Positions 10,421 to 21,729 of a DNA stretch of 64,000 bases are shown here, piece by piece (the first letter of the stretch is position 1; each line of letters starts with the position of its first letter). Below the pieces are notes generated by a model that saw nothing but the letters and a program-made list of their open reading frames with translations, was not told the origin of the DNA and did no database searches. The position numbers and the translations under genes were made by a program. The DNA is from Bacteroidales bacterium (lineage in GTDB: Bacteria; Bacillota; Clostridia; Lachnospirales; Lachnospiraceae): positions 9,060 to 73,059 of the forward strand of contig JAMPFJ010000010.1 in NCBI GenBank assembly GCA_023664535.1. The letters are read 5' to 3'.

Positions 10421-10702
10421 GAAAAAACCCTCCTTTAAAAATGTGTGTGTTATTCCGCCAGCTTGTACTCTGTATATTTTGACGGAATATGTTTGAATTT
10501 CTCAATTCAACATAGGTACATTATAGGACACAATAGACAATTTGGCAAGTCTTTTTTTCTCAATTTACACTTTTTTTTGTACACATTGCCGTAATATCAT
10601 GAATTTTAAATGAATATTCCCCTCTATTTTTAAAAGGATTGTGTAAATTGCCACATAGCATTCACACAATCCTTATTAAAAATGTCTAAATTTTCCGGCA
10701 GG

Positions 10703-11767
10703 TCAGTCTACCCGTTCTTCAATAAACATCCTGACCTGTTCTGCCACTTCGTCCGGTACATAGGTATACAGCGCTGACGGTCCTGCCATCTCTATACACT
10801 CTACATTCCCAAACTGCTTAAAATATTCCCTCCGGCTCTTATTATAAGCCTGCTCAAAATCATAGTCCGGATACTTTTCCTTCATATTCCGCAAATCCGA
10901 CTGTGCCGCCGAATCCGTGGACAGATACGGCTCTTTAATCGGGTTGGAAAGTAAAGCAAGGATTGGTATATCTTTCATAAATCCCAGCTTCTCTACCTCC
11001 CGTGCATTGTCGCCAACCGCTTTATCCTCCTGATACATGTCCTTTGTGTAGCTGCCTCTGGAAATCAACGCATTGCGCACCAGAAGCTGCTTATCCGAAT
11101 ATAAATTATACCGGTCATCGGGATAAGCGGAATCCACATGCCTGGTCACCCCAATCTGCGAAAACAAATACATCATATATTTAAACCCGCTGTCCTCGTT
11201 ATGATAAGAGGCATATTCCTCAACATACGCCATGTCCAGCCCGATAACCGCCTCCACCTCCTCCGGATACTTTACCGCCCAATAATTGGCGGTAATGCCG
11301 CTGGTGGTCTGGGCGAACAAAATAACCGGACCTTCCACGCCCACCGCCTCCAGTGTCTCTCTCATTTCGTCGGTCATCCGGGCAACGCTTTTGTCATTGT
11401 CACCCGCCTCACTGTATCCGTTTCCCGGACGGTCGATATAGACAATCCGGTAATCTGCGGACAACTCCTCCCACATCGGCTGCATGGCAATGGCTGCATC
11501 CGTCATTCCCGTCCCGTGTAAAAATACAATCGTATGTCCGGCATCCTCTTTTCCCGTCATATATACGTGCAGCCTGTGTCCGCCTGTCTCCACCATCTCT
11601 CCCGGCGGCTTTGTAAGCAGCGGCGCTTCTTTCTTTAATTTACTCCGGTCGGAAAAGAATACCCAGCCCACTACCGCCAGCGTAATCAAAGCCGTAATCG
11701 AAAGTAAAATCAAAAATATCTTCGTAACCTTATGCAGAAATTCCTTCATCTGTTTCCCTTTCATCAA
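10703..11767 (-). CDS. membrane-anchored alpha/beta hydrolase
   Basis: N-terminal TM helix, HGTGM oxyanion-type motif and AQTTSG nucleophile-elbow-like motif. Its start overlaps the ABC-F stop by 4 nt. Confidence 0.7.
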   Translation of the reverse strand: MMKGKQMKEFLHKVTKIFLILLSITALITLAVVGWVFFSDRSKLKKEAPLLTKPPGEMVETGGHRLHVYMTGKEDAGHTIVFLHGTGMTDAAIAMQPMWEELSADYRIVYIDRPGNGYSEAGDNDKSVARMTDEMRETLEAVGVEGPVILFAQTTSGITANYWAVKYPEEVEAVIGLDMAYVEEYASYHNEDSGFKYMMYLFSQIGVTRHVDSAYPDDRYNLYSDKQLLVRNALISRGSYTKDMYQEDKAVGDNAREVEKLGFMKDIPILALLSNPIKEPYLSTDSAAQSDLRNMKEKYPDYDFEQAYNKSRREYFKQFGNVECIEMAGPSALYTYVPDEVAEQVRMFIEERVD

Positions 11768-13392
11768 TCATCCGAACTGCTGACATTCATCACCTGGCGT
11801 TTTCTCGCCAGCTCATCATTTTCCAGATATTCATCATAGGTAGTCATTTTATCAATCAGACCCGCTGCCGTGATTTCCATAATCCGGTTTGCCGTAGTCT
11901 GAATAAACTGATGGTCCTGGGAAGAAAACAGCACTACCCCGGGGAATTTCATCAAGCCGTTATTCAGCGCCGTAATGGATTCCATATCCAGATGATTGGT
12001 AGGCTCATCCAGCAGCAGCACATTGGAGCCCATAATCATCATCTTGGACAAAAGGCATCTGACCTTCTCCCCTCCGGAAAGAACCTTCACCTTTTTCACC
12101 CCGTCATCCCCGGCAAAGAGCATTCTGCCGAGAAATCCTCTGACATAGGTAGGGTCCTTTTCCTCGGAGAACTGCGTCAGCCATTCCGCAATCGTCATAT
12201 CATTATCAAATTCCTTTGTGTTATCTTTCGGGAAATACCCCTGCGAGGTCGTTACCCCCCATTTATACGTCCCTGCATCCGCTTCCTCCTCACCAGCCAG
12301 TATCTTAAACAGCATCGTTGTCGCCAGCGTATTCGGACCCACAAATGCCACCTTATCCTCCCTGCCAATCGTAAACGAAATATCCTCCAGTATTTTTTCT
12401 CCGTCCACCGTCTTGGAAAGGTTCTCCACCGTCAGTACTTCATTTCCAATCTCACGGTTCGGACGGAAATCGATGTATGGATATTTCCGGCTTGAAGGCC
12501 TCATTTCATCCAGCTCGATTTTTTCCAGCGCCCGCTTTCTTGACGTCGCCTGCTTGGATTTGGAAGCATTTGCTGAGAAACGCTGAATAAACTCCTGCAG
12601 CTCCTTAATCTTTTCTTCCTTCTTTTTATTTGCTTCTTTCATCTGCTTAATCATCAGCTGGCTGGATTCATACCAGAAATCATAATTTCCCGCATACAGC
12701 TGGATTTTGCCATAATCAATATCCGCAATATGGGTACACACTTTATTTAAGAAATAACGGTCATGGGAAACAACAATCACCGTATTGTCAAAGTTGATTA
12801 AAAATTCTTCCAGCCACGCAATGGCGTCTAAATCCAAATGGTTTGTCGGCTCATCCAAAAGCAGGACATCCGGATTCCCGAATAATGCCTGTGCCAGCAG
12901 CACCTTAACCTTTAAGGTATCCTCCAACTCCGCCATCAGCTTATCGTGGTATTCCGTTTCTACCCCAAGACCGTTTAACAGCGTTGCCGCGTCTGCCTCT
13001 GCCTCCCAGCCGTTCATCTCCGCAAATTCCGCCTCCAAATCCGCGACTCTCGCTCCGTCTTCATCGGAAAAATCCGGCTTTGCATAGATTTCCTCCTTCT
13101 CCTTCATCACGTCATAAAGCCGCTTATTTCCCATAATTACCGTATCCAGCACCGTATAATCGTTATACTTAAAATGGTCCTGTTGAAGAATGGAGAGCCG
13201 TTCTCCGGCATTCATCACCACATCTCCCTTTGTCGTCTCAATCTCTCCGGATAATATCTTTAAAAACGTCGATTTCCCGGCGCCGTTTGCTCCAATCAGA
13301 CCATAACAGTTCCCCTCGGTAAACTTAATGTTCACATCCTCGAACAACGCCTTCTTTCCAAATCTCAAGGTTACATTATTTGCACTAATCAT
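11764..13392 (-). CDS. ABC-F family ATPase (two ABC domains, no TM domain)
   Basis: Two Walker A sites (GANGAGKST, GPNTLATT-degenerate) and two signature motifs (LSGGEKVR). A charged inter-domain linker (KQMKEANKKKEEKIKELQEF) is typical of ABC-F translation factors. Confidence 0.88.
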   Translation of the reverse strand: MISANNVTLRFGKKALFEDVNIKFTEGNCYGLIGANGAGKSTFLKILSGEIETTKGDVVMNAGERLSILQQDHFKYNDYTVLDTVIMGNKRLYDVMKEKEEIYAKPDFSDEDGARVADLEAEFAEMNGWEAEADAATLLNGLGVETEYHDKLMAELEDTLKVKVLLAQALFGNPDVLLLDEPTNHLDLDAIAWLEEFLINFDNTVIVVSHDRYFLNKVCTHIADIDYGKIQLYAGNYDFWYESSQLMIKQMKEANKKKEEKIKELQEFIQRFSANASKSKQATSRKRALEKIELDEMRPSSRKYPYIDFRPNREIGNEVLTVENLSKTVDGEKILEDISFTIGREDKVAFVGPNTLATTMLFKILAGEEEADAGTYKWGVTTSQGYFPKDNTKEFDNDMTIAEWLTQFSEEKDPTYVRGFLGRMLFAGDDGVKKVKVLSGGEKVRCLLSKMMIMGSNVLLLDEPTNHLDMESITALNNGLMKFPGVVLFSSQDHQFIQTTANRIMEITAAGLIDKMTTYDEYLENDELARKRQVMNVSSSDD

Positions 13393-13422
13393 TCTTATAC
13401 CTCTTTCTATTTATTCATATCC

Positions 13423-14697
13423 CTACTGCAGCTCCGGGTCAATCATAATCGCTACACGGTCAATCCGATTCTTATCCATCGAAATAACCTTAAGGGTAAT
13501 TCCGTCCTTCTTTACCGTCTCGCCCTCGTTGGGAAGATGGTCTAACAGCTCAATCACGTATCCGCCCAGAGAATCATAATCCTCCGATTCCAGGCTTATC
13601 CCGATGCTGTCCTCCAAATCACTTAACTTCATCGCCCCGTCCACTTCAAAACGGTTCTCATCCAGCTTGGTCACGCTTTCCAGCTCATCCATATCAAACT
13701 CATCGCGGATTTCCCCGACAATTTCCTCCAGCAAATCCTCAAGGGTAATCAGTCCCACCGCCGTAGCGTATTCATCCAGCACAATCGCAAGGGATACAAA
13801 GCGGTTCCGCATTTCCGCCATAATGGAGGAGGTTTTCTGATACTCGTAAACAAAAAACGGCTCGCGCATAATATTTCTCAGCGAAAACGGCTCCTGCTTC
13901 TTTCCCGTCTGATTCTGATAGAAAAACAAATCCTTCAGATAAACGATACCGATAACCGTATCCTTGTTATCGTCATAAACCGGAAGCCGGGAATAATGGT
14001 CTTCCTTCAGGGCCGCAAACACCTCGTCGAAGGCAGCGTCCACGGAAACCAGCGCCATATCCGCTCTCGGCACCATAACATCCTTCGCCTTGGAATCTCC
14101 AAAATCCACCACATTGTTAATCATGGATTTCTCTTCTTTTTCCAGCACGCCGTCCTCTACACTGACATCCACAATCGTTCGCAGCTCGCCCTCCGTCATC
14201 TGATTCGTCACTCCATTGCGGTCAACACGCAGGATAAAAAATATTCCGGCACTCAGCTTATCCACAAACCAGATTACCGGCGTTAAAATAAAAACCAATG
14301 GGGAAATGACATGAATGTATACTAATGAAATCTTCTCGTTATACATTGTGGCAAGGGTCTTTGGCGTAATCTCGCCAAATAACAGTACCAGCAAAGTCAG
14401 AACACCGGTAGACACACCGACAAATTTACTTCCAAATAAATTGGTCGTTACCGTCGTCGTCAGCGCAGATGCGGAAATATTTACAATATTATTCCCAATC
14501 AAAATCGCACTTAACATCTTTGACGGATTTTCAATCAATTTCAATACCTTATCCGCAGTCCGGTTACCCGCCTCTGACAGGGAACGCAGGCGGTGCTTAT
14601 TCACCGTAGTAAGCGCAGTCTCCGCAGACGAAAAAAAAGCAGACAAAAAAACCATGATTAAAATAGCGATAAGTTGCATACTCGAGTCAGGCTCCAA
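13423..14697 (-). CDS. CNNM/TlyC-family membrane protein (DUF21-CBS pair-CorC_HlyC)
   Basis: The N-terminal SAFFSSAETAL DUF21 motif, CBS region and C-terminal transporter-associated domain are all present. The start is uncertain: the AGGAGG at 14707-14712 best fits the TTG at 14697. Confidence 0.8.
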   Translation of the reverse strand: MEPDSSMQLIAILIMVFLSAFFSSAETALTTVNKHRLRSLSEAGNRTADKVLKLIENPSKMLSAILIGNNIVNISASALTTTVTTNLFGSKFVGVSTGVLTLLVLLFGEITPKTLATMYNEKISLVYIHVISPLVFILTPVIWFVDKLSAGIFFILRVDRNGVTNQMTEGELRTIVDVSVEDGVLEKEEKSMINNVVDFGDSKAKDVMVPRADMALVSVDAAFDEVFAALKEDHYSRLPVYDDNKDTVIGIVYLKDLFFYQNQTGKKQEPFSLRNIMREPFFVYEYQKTSSIMAEMRNRFVSLAIVLDEYATAVGLITLEDLLEEIVGEIRDEFDMDELESVTKLDENRFEVDGAMKLSDLEDSIGISLESEDYDSLGGYVIELLDHLPNEGETVKKDGITLKVISMDKNRIDRVAIMIDPELQ

Positions 14698-14816
14698 AAA
14701 AATCATCCTCCTAAAATAAATTTTCATTTAATTTTACTGAATGAAATATCTCTTGTCAAGTCATACTATATCTGTAACACATTGACCTTCTTTCCCAGAT
14801 ATAAAGGAGTGGAAAA

Positions 14817-15002
14817 ATGCGAAGTTCCAAGAAAACATACGAAGATGTCGCAAAGCGGTGCAGTTCCTACGAAAGAACGACGACCAGCGAACTCTCTAAC
14901 TGTGTAGACTGCAGCTGTACCAGCTGTCTGAACTGTAATCATTTCGCCTCTGATGAGCATTGCAGATTAGACCTTTACGACGCTATTGTACAAAACATGT
15001 AA
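14817..15002 (+). CDS. small cysteine-rich protein (7 Cys, 2 His), function unknown
   Basis: 61-aa ORF with AAGGAG 7 nt upstream of the ATG. Core CVDCSCTSCLNCNH. Followed by the terminator at 15001-15060. Confidence 0.6.
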   Translation: MRSSKKTYEDVAKRCSSYERTTTSELSNCVDCSCTSCLNCNHFASDEHCRLDLYDAIVQNM

Positions 15003-15060
15003 AAAACCGGCTGGCAATCCGCAGGCATGCTTAACCTCCTGCAAAATGCCAGCCCTTTTA
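15001..15060. terminator. bidirectional terminator hairpin between convergent genes
   Basis: The stem ggctggca...tgccagcc encloses an inner gcagg/cctgc stem. It is flanked by an A-run (5') and a T-rich tail (3'). Confidence 0.7.
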
Positions 15061-16104
15061 CGGCAGAAACTCTGCCATCTCTATCTGCTCCCAATTCTCT
15101 TTATGAATATAATCCCTGTCATCCCGGACATATTTTTCAAAAAGCCCGTCAAGAACAGTATCCCTTTTCTTCCGGGCGGCCTCCCTGTCCTCGTAAGCCC
15201 CGACTGCCTCCGCATGCTCCACATCATCTGCATTTAACAGCCTAATCACCAAAAAACCGTAATCCGTCTCAAACACATTGCTGGTCCCCCCTTGTGAAAG
15301 CTTATCCACCGCCTGTTTATATGCCGAATCCAAATCCTGATAGTTGAGGGTTTTCTCCATGCCGATTGCAGAAGAGGCATATTTTTCTGCCAGCGTCCCG
15401 ATGTCCTTTCCCTCCTGTCCCTGTTTGGACAGTTCTTCTGCCTCTCCCCTCTTTTTATTTTTTTCCGCCGTGGATATCTCTTTTACCGTCCCGTCCGAAT
15501 CAGACTGAATCATCCCGTCCTCCCCTATCTCCACGGTCGGAAATAACACCTCATATACCTGAACATAACGTTCATTCTGATGAGAATCTTTCTCCGCCCC
15601 TTCATCCTCCCCCTCAGATATATCTTCAAGGTAAGAATCACTAAGAAGCTTCCATTCATAAACCTTCTCAACATCCGCAGCTTTTATTTTCTGCTGCTTC
15701 AGCCATTTCTTTTCACAGGAGGCCAAAAGCTTTTCCGCCTCCTCCTTTACGGTTTGCCGCTGCTGCTCCGAAAGCGCATATCCTTTTTCTTTTGCTTCAC
15801 TGTACAAAAGCACAGAGGAAAGAATCTCTTCTTTCACCTCATTCTTATAATGTTCCCCGTAGGTCTCTCCATCCCCGTATTCCTCATCCAGCTGCTTTTT
15901 GTCATTAAGATTATATTCCCTTGCATAAATGAGCCCGAACACGGCCGCCTGTTTGCGGTAAACCTTTTCTCCGTTCAGGGAGAAAACCCATTTTCCGCTC
16001 CCTCCACAGGCAGTCAGCAAAAGACACAGACTTAAAAACATTTCGGCAAGAAGCCATTTTCTCCACTGCCGTTCACCTAACCTGCACTTCATTATCCATT
16101 CCAT
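15058..16104 (-). CDS. PrsA/SurA-like lipoprotein (paralog of 5640-6698)
   Basis: Lipobox LLLTACGGSG. Same length class and the same central VLFPTVE segment as the 5640-6698 product. Confidence 0.65.
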   Translation of the reverse strand: MEWIMKCRLGERQWRKWLLAEMFLSLCLLLTACGGSGKWVFSLNGEKVYRKQAAVFGLIYAREYNLNDKKQLDEEYGDGETYGEHYKNEVKEEILSSVLLYSEAKEKGYALSEQQRQTVKEEAEKLLASCEKKWLKQQKIKAADVEKVYEWKLLSDSYLEDISEGEDEGAEKDSHQNERYVQVYEVLFPTVEIGEDGMIQSDSDGTVKEISTAEKNKKRGEAEELSKQGQEGKDIGTLAEKYASSAIGMEKTLNYQDLDSAYKQAVDKLSQGGTSNVFETDYGFLVIRLLNADDVEHAEAVGAYEDREAARKKRDTVLDGLFEKYVRDDRDYIHKENWEQIEMAEFLP

Positions 16105-16177
16105 CCTTGTTTTGCTGTTTTGTCCTTTATTATACCCATTTCCCCAAAATATGCAACCTTGCCGGAGCGAACAGGCG

Positions 16178-16217
16178 CAAAAAGCGCCAGAACCGGAATC
16201 CCATCCGGCCTGGCGCC
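16178..16217 (-). terminator. Rho-independent terminator downstream of ilvC
   Basis: Minus-strand hairpin ggcgccaggccgg...ccggttctggcgc followed by TTTTT. Confidence 0.7.
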
Positions 16218-16262
16218 TTTCTGTCTTATCGTCACGCTTTTTTATCTGTCGGAAATATTTTC

Positions 16263-17285
<1,023 letters not shown>

Positions 17286-17333
17286 TCAGTTCCTCCTATT
17301 AAAAAATAATATGTAGTATTTATAATCACTGAT

Positions 17334-17825
17334 TTATTTGGAATCAGCACTACCTCTTGTTAATCCGGTCAGTCCGGTTCTGACAATGGACTCAATCTCA
17401 AACCCGTCCAGCAGACCGATGAACGCTTCAATTTTATTGGCATTACCGGTCAGCTCTATCATCAGGGACTCAATGGAAACATCCACAATCTTTGCCCGGA
17501 AAACATCTGTAATCGCAATAATCTGCTGTTTTTCCTCCCGGTTCGTCTTCACCTTAACCAGCACCAGTTCACGGCATACCGACTCTCCATCCTTAAGCTC
17601 GGTAATATCCACCACGTCCTCAAGCTTGTTCAACTGCTTCGCAATCTGGGCAAGTGTCAAATCATCACCGCTCACCGCAACGGTCATGCGGGAATATTTC
17701 GGATTTTCCGTTACACCAACCGACAAACTATCAATGTTATATCCTCTTCTACTAAATAATCCTGCCACACGGCTAAGCACACCCGATGTATTGTCTACCA
17801 GCAGGGATAACACCATTTTTTTCAC
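17334..17825 (-). CDS. ilvN: acetolactate synthase small (regulatory) subunit
   Basis: ACT-domain sequence LSLLVDNTSGVLSRVAGLFSRRGYNIDSLSVG. The start is probably the GTG at 17825, 7 nt after AGGTGG (the track start at 17843 is longer). Confidence 0.88.
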   Translation of the reverse strand: MKKMVLSLLVDNTSGVLSRVAGLFSRRGYNIDSLSVGVTENPKYSRMTVAVSGDDLTLAQIAKQLNKLEDVVDITELKDGESVCRELVLVKVKTNREEKQQIIAITDVFRAKIVDVSIESLMIELTGNANKIEAFIGLLDGFEIESIVRTGLTGLTRGSADSK

Positions 17826-17886
17826 TTTCATTCCACCTTTCAAAATTACGCAACTATAGGTATTTTAGCAACTATTGCATCACATG

Positions 17887-20358
17887 TCAAACTCTTTCTT
17901 TTAACAGGCGCTCCACCAGCCTGCAGGCCTCTGCGGCATCTTTGGAATAGCCGTCTGCGCCGATTTCCTCCGCAAAGCTCTGGGTAATTACTGCGCCACC
18001 GATAATAATTTTTGCCGCAACCTTTTTTTCCTTTGCGTACTCTATCACGTCCTTCATCCTCATCATTGTGGTGGTCATTAACGCCGACAATCCGATAATT
18101 GCCGCATTTTCCGTCTGCGCCGCCTCAATAATCTTTTCCTTCGGGACGTCCTTGCCAAGGTCAATTACCCGGTATCCATAGTTCTTCAGCATCAGCACCA
18201 CCAGATTCTTGCCGATATCATGGATATCCCCCTCTACGGTTGCCATAATTACCGTCGGCATTTCTTCACCATTTTCCTTTTTGGGAAGCAGAGGCTCCAC
18301 ATAGGAAATCGCCAGCTCCATCGCTTCGGCAGAGGAAATCAACTGCGGCAGAAAATATTTTTTCCGGTCAAAGAGAATTCCCACTTCATTGATGGCGGGA
18401 ATCAAATGCTCCTCAATCACCGCCTGGGGGCTGCTCCCCTGTGCGAGAAACGCTTTTACGTCCTCAAGCATTGTCCGTTTGTTTCCTTTTAACACGTTTT
18501 CATAGAGCCGGGAATGCAGGGTTTGGTCATTCTTCCCCGCCGTATCGCCGTCTCCGCCGGCAGGCTTGTCTCCTGTTTTCCCGGCGGACGCTGCCGCCCC
18601 GGCCACCACCGACAACGGTCTCACCTTTTCAATATAATGAACATCCGCATTTTCTTTATTTAATAATAAGTCAGAGGCAAACGCCGCATTCATCAAAAGC
18701 TCCTGCGACGGATTGGCAATCGCCATGGTCAGTCCTCTCGAAATTGCCATCGTCAGAAATGCCGTGTTGACGAAGCCCCGTTCCGGCAGTCCAAAGGAAA
18801 TATTGGACAAGCCGCAGATTGTGGCAAGCCCTAATTGCTTCTTACAATATTCAATGGTTTCCAGCGTTTCCAGCGCAGCATTTTTATTTGCACCTACCGT
18901 AGCCACCAGACCATCCACGACGATATCCTCTTTTGTAAAGCCAAGCTCCAGCGCCCGGTCATAAACCGCATGGATAATCTGTTTCTTCTCCTCCAAATCC
19001 TTTGGAAGCCCTTTATCGGAAAGCGGCAGCAGAATAAACATCGCCCCATATTTCGCTGCTATCGGCAAAAGCTTTGCAAATTTTTCTTTCTCTAAGGAAA
19101 TGGAGTTAATTAACGCCCGTCCCGGATAAATGCGGAGAGCATGCTCAATAATATCCACATGGGACGAATCTATGCAAAGGGGCAGATTTACCGTATTGGT
19201 CACCTCATAAATCACCTTTTTCATCATTTCGTCTTCATCAATACCGTTCATGCCCATATTGATGTCCAAAACAGAGGCCCCATTTTCCTCCTGCTCCTCT
19301 GCCATCTGTAAAACCAAATCCAGCCTGCCTTCCCGCAGCTCCGCCTGAAGCTTCTTCTTTCCGGTGGGATTAATCCGTTCCCCCACCACAAGAAAACTGC
19401 CGTCAATATCAATTTCCAGCATCTGACGCTCCGATGCCAGCAGACGTTTTTTCTTCGCCGACACCTCCGGCACCTCCATCAGCCGGACAGTCTGGGCAAG
19501 TGCGGTAATATGCTCCTTTGTGGTTCCACAGCACCCGCCGATAATACCGGCTCCCGCCTCCACCAGCTGTCTTCCATACTCCGCAAACTGCTGGGGCGTC
19601 ATGGCATAAAGGGTTTCCCCGTCCTTAAGCTCCGGCATGCCTGCGTTCGGTTTTGCCAGAATCGGAATAACCGCATATTCCCGCATCCGCTCTACCAGCG
19701 GAATCATTTCCGCAGGTCCGGTAGAGCAGTTAATTCCGATTACATCCGCTCCCAGACTTTGCAATACCACCACTGCCGTCTCCGGGTTTGAGCCAAACAG
19801 CGTTCTTCCGTCCTCATTATATGTCATGCTGACGATTACCGGCAGGCCACAGGTTTCCTTTGCCGCAATCAAAGCCGCCCTCGCCTCGGCAAGGCTCATC
19901 ATGGTCTCTATCACCAGAAGGTCCACGCCCGCCTTCACCAGAACCCGTATCTGCTCCTTGTACACCTCAATCAATTCCTCCAGTTGAAGCCTGCCGACAG
20001 GATAGAGCTGTCTTCCCGTCATGGTTAAATTGCCGGCAATATAGGCGCGATAGCCGGTCCTTGCCACCGCCTTTTTTGACAGCTCCACAAGCCGGGTGTT
20101 GATTGCCTCCAATTCATCTTCCAGCCCGTACTCCTCCAGCTTAATCCGGTTTCCGGAAAAGGTCGGCGCATAAATAATGTTGCTTCCCGCATTGATATAA
20201 TCCGTCTGCAAATCAACCAGCACATCCGGATGCTCCAATATCCATGCCTCCGGGCAGACTCCGGTAGGCATTCCCGCCTTTTGCAGGTTTGTTCCGGTAG
20301 CCCCGTCCAAAATAAGAATCTTTTGCTTTAACAGATGTCTAAATTGTTCCTTTGTCAT
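17887..20358 (-). CDS. metH: methionine synthase, short MetH type (Hcy-binding + pterin-binding + B12-binding; no AdoMet reactivation domain)
   Basis: N-terminal homocysteine S-methyltransferase region (GGCCGT), pterin-binding middle region and C-terminal cobalamin motif EGDIHDIGKN (DxHxxG). The length is 823 aa versus about 1227 aa for E. coli MetH. Confidence 0.88.
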   Translation of the reverse strand: MTKEQFRHLLKQKILILDGATGTNLQKAGMPTGVCPEAWILEHPDVLVDLQTDYINAGSNIIYAPTFSGNRIKLEEYGLEDELEAINTRLVELSKKAVARTGYRAYIAGNLTMTGRQLYPVGRLQLEELIEVYKEQIRVLVKAGVDLLVIETMMSLAEARAALIAAKETCGLPVIVSMTYNEDGRTLFGSNPETAVVVLQSLGADVIGINCSTGPAEMIPLVERMREYAVIPILAKPNAGMPELKDGETLYAMTPQQFAEYGRQLVEAGAGIIGGCCGTTKEHITALAQTVRLMEVPEVSAKKKRLLASERQMLEIDIDGSFLVVGERINPTGKKKLQAELREGRLDLVLQMAEEQEENGASVLDINMGMNGIDEDEMMKKVIYEVTNTVNLPLCIDSSHVDIIEHALRIYPGRALINSISLEKEKFAKLLPIAAKYGAMFILLPLSDKGLPKDLEEKKQIIHAVYDRALELGFTKEDIVVDGLVATVGANKNAALETLETIEYCKKQLGLATICGLSNISFGLPERGFVNTAFLTMAISRGLTMAIANPSQELLMNAAFASDLLLNKENADVHYIEKVRPLSVVAGAAASAGKTGDKPAGGDGDTAGKNDQTLHSRLYENVLKGNKRTMLEDVKAFLAQGSSPQAVIEEHLIPAINEVGILFDRKKYFLPQLISSAEAMELAISYVEPLLPKKENGEEMPTVIMATVEGDIHDIGKNLVVLMLKNYGYRVIDLGKDVPKEKIIEAAQTENAAIIGLSALMTTTMMRMKDVIEYAKEKKVAAKIIIGGAVITQSFAEEIGADGYSKDAAEACRLVERLLKERV

Positions 20359-20376
20359 GTCGTCTCCCCCTGCTCT

Positions 20377-20832
20377 TTATTTCGGGCATATTTCGTCACT
20401 GTCCAGCAAAACGGTAAACGGCCCGTCGTTCATCAGCTCCACCTGCATATCCGCACCAAAGCTGCCGGTCTCCACAACCGCCACCTGCCTGCGGCATGCC
20501 GAAACAATATATTCATACATTTCCTCCGCCATATCCGGTTTTCCCGCCCGGATAAAGGACGGGCGGTTTCCCTTTTTACAATCCGCATACAGGGTAAACT
20601 GGGATACCAGCAGCAATTCCCCACCCACATCCGCAAGACTTAAATTTGCTTTTCCGTTTTCATCCTCAAAAATACGGAGTCCGATTAGCTTCTTTATCAT
20701 TTTATCCGCCAAATCCCTGTTGTCCGTATCCGCCACGCCAATCAACACGAGAAATCCCTTTCCAATCTTTCCCGCCGTTTTTCCCTCTATCGTCACCTCT
20801 GCGTGCCGTACACGCTGTATAACAAATCTCAT
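20377..20832 (-). CDS. dtd: D-aminoacyl-tRNA deacylase
   Basis: MRFVIQRV N-terminus and SQFTLYAD motif. The start is taken at 20832, shorter than the track ORF. Confidence 0.92.
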   Translation of the reverse strand: MRFVIQRVRHAEVTIEGKTAGKIGKGFLVLIGVADTDNRDLADKMIKKLIGLRIFEDENGKANLSLADVGGELLLVSQFTLYADCKKGNRPSFIRAGKPDMAEEMYEYIVSACRRQVAVVETGSFGADMQVELMNDGPFTVLLDSDEICPK

Positions 20833-20973
20833 TCCACACTCTCCCGTTCTTCGATAAGTTTTCACCGCAAGCCCTGTCCGCCGCAAGCTGACATGCGACC
20901 ATTATAACATAAACCGGAAAAGGAATAAATATTGCCGGGGAAAATGTTTGCCAAAACCAATACACGCTAATAA

Positions 20974-21729
20974 TTATATATACCGTCTGATATGCACATA
21001 GATTTTCCCCTTTCTCGTGCTCCCGCCGCTGCCTGCAAAAATAAATTTCCCGTGTCCCCGCACGGAAAAAACATCCCCTTCCTTCAGCGTAATGCTGTTT
21101 CTGCCGGTAACTCTGCCGTTTAGCGTGACCCGTTTATCGGCAAAAAGAGAAAGCGCCTCGTTTCGGGAACATTTCAATAGTGCGGCAAGGATACCGTCCA
21201 GTCTCAAGGAAGCCACCGGAAATTCCTCATCTGCCAGGGCAGGCTTTAACTCCGGGATATGGATATCGGTAATTTCCCCTTTAACATTGGTATGTCTGAC
21301 CCTTGTCAATTCCTTGCAGATATAATCCGCAATACTCTCCATGCAGAAAATATAAGCCGTTTTTTCCTTTACCAGAATGTCTCCGACCATATCCCGTTCA
21401 ATCCCCAGATGCATCAGCGCCCCCAGAAAATCCCTGTGGTTTAGCTCCTCACCAAATTTTTCCAGCAGCGGGCTGACCTTTACCACCGCAATGGGAAAAT
21501 GCCCCGGATAACCAAACTCCTCCTCCCCGCCGAAACCGACAATCTGGCGTTCGCAAAGCGCATTTCCGCCAAAACAGGTATAGGAAATGTAGGAAATATC
21601 CTTTTGCAGCTCGTCTAAGAGTGCAAGCTCCGCCGCAGACAAAAAATTACTGTATGTGTAAACATTCTGCCGGTATGCTTTTTCGGCAAGGTCTGTCAGC
21701 CGTCCCTTTATTCTTTGTTCATCATTCAT
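20974..21729 (-). CDS. YlmH-like RNA-binding protein with C-terminal S4 domain
   Basis: 251 aa. C-terminal S4-like segment RLDGILAALLKCSRNEALSLFADKRVTLNGR. Confidence 0.7.
   Translation of the reverse strand: MNDEQRIKGRLTDLAEKAYRQNVYTYSNFLSAAELALLDELQKDISYISYTCFGGNALCERQIVGFGGEEEFGYPGHFPIAVVKVSPLLEKFGEELNHRDFLGALMHLGIERDMVGDILVKEKTAYIFCMESIADYICKELTRVRHTNVKGEITDIHIPELKPALADEEFPVASLRLDGILAALLKCSRNEALSLFADKRVTLNGRVTGRNSITLKEGDVFSVRGHGKFIFAGSGGSTRKGKIYVHIRRYI

Noticed and set aside
14817-15002. Cys-rich peptide as a SCIFF/ranthipeptide precursor.
   Set aside because: No radical-SAM maturase or peptidase/exporter is adjacent, and the C-terminal region does not match the SCIFF consensus. It is kept only as a small Cys-rich protein.
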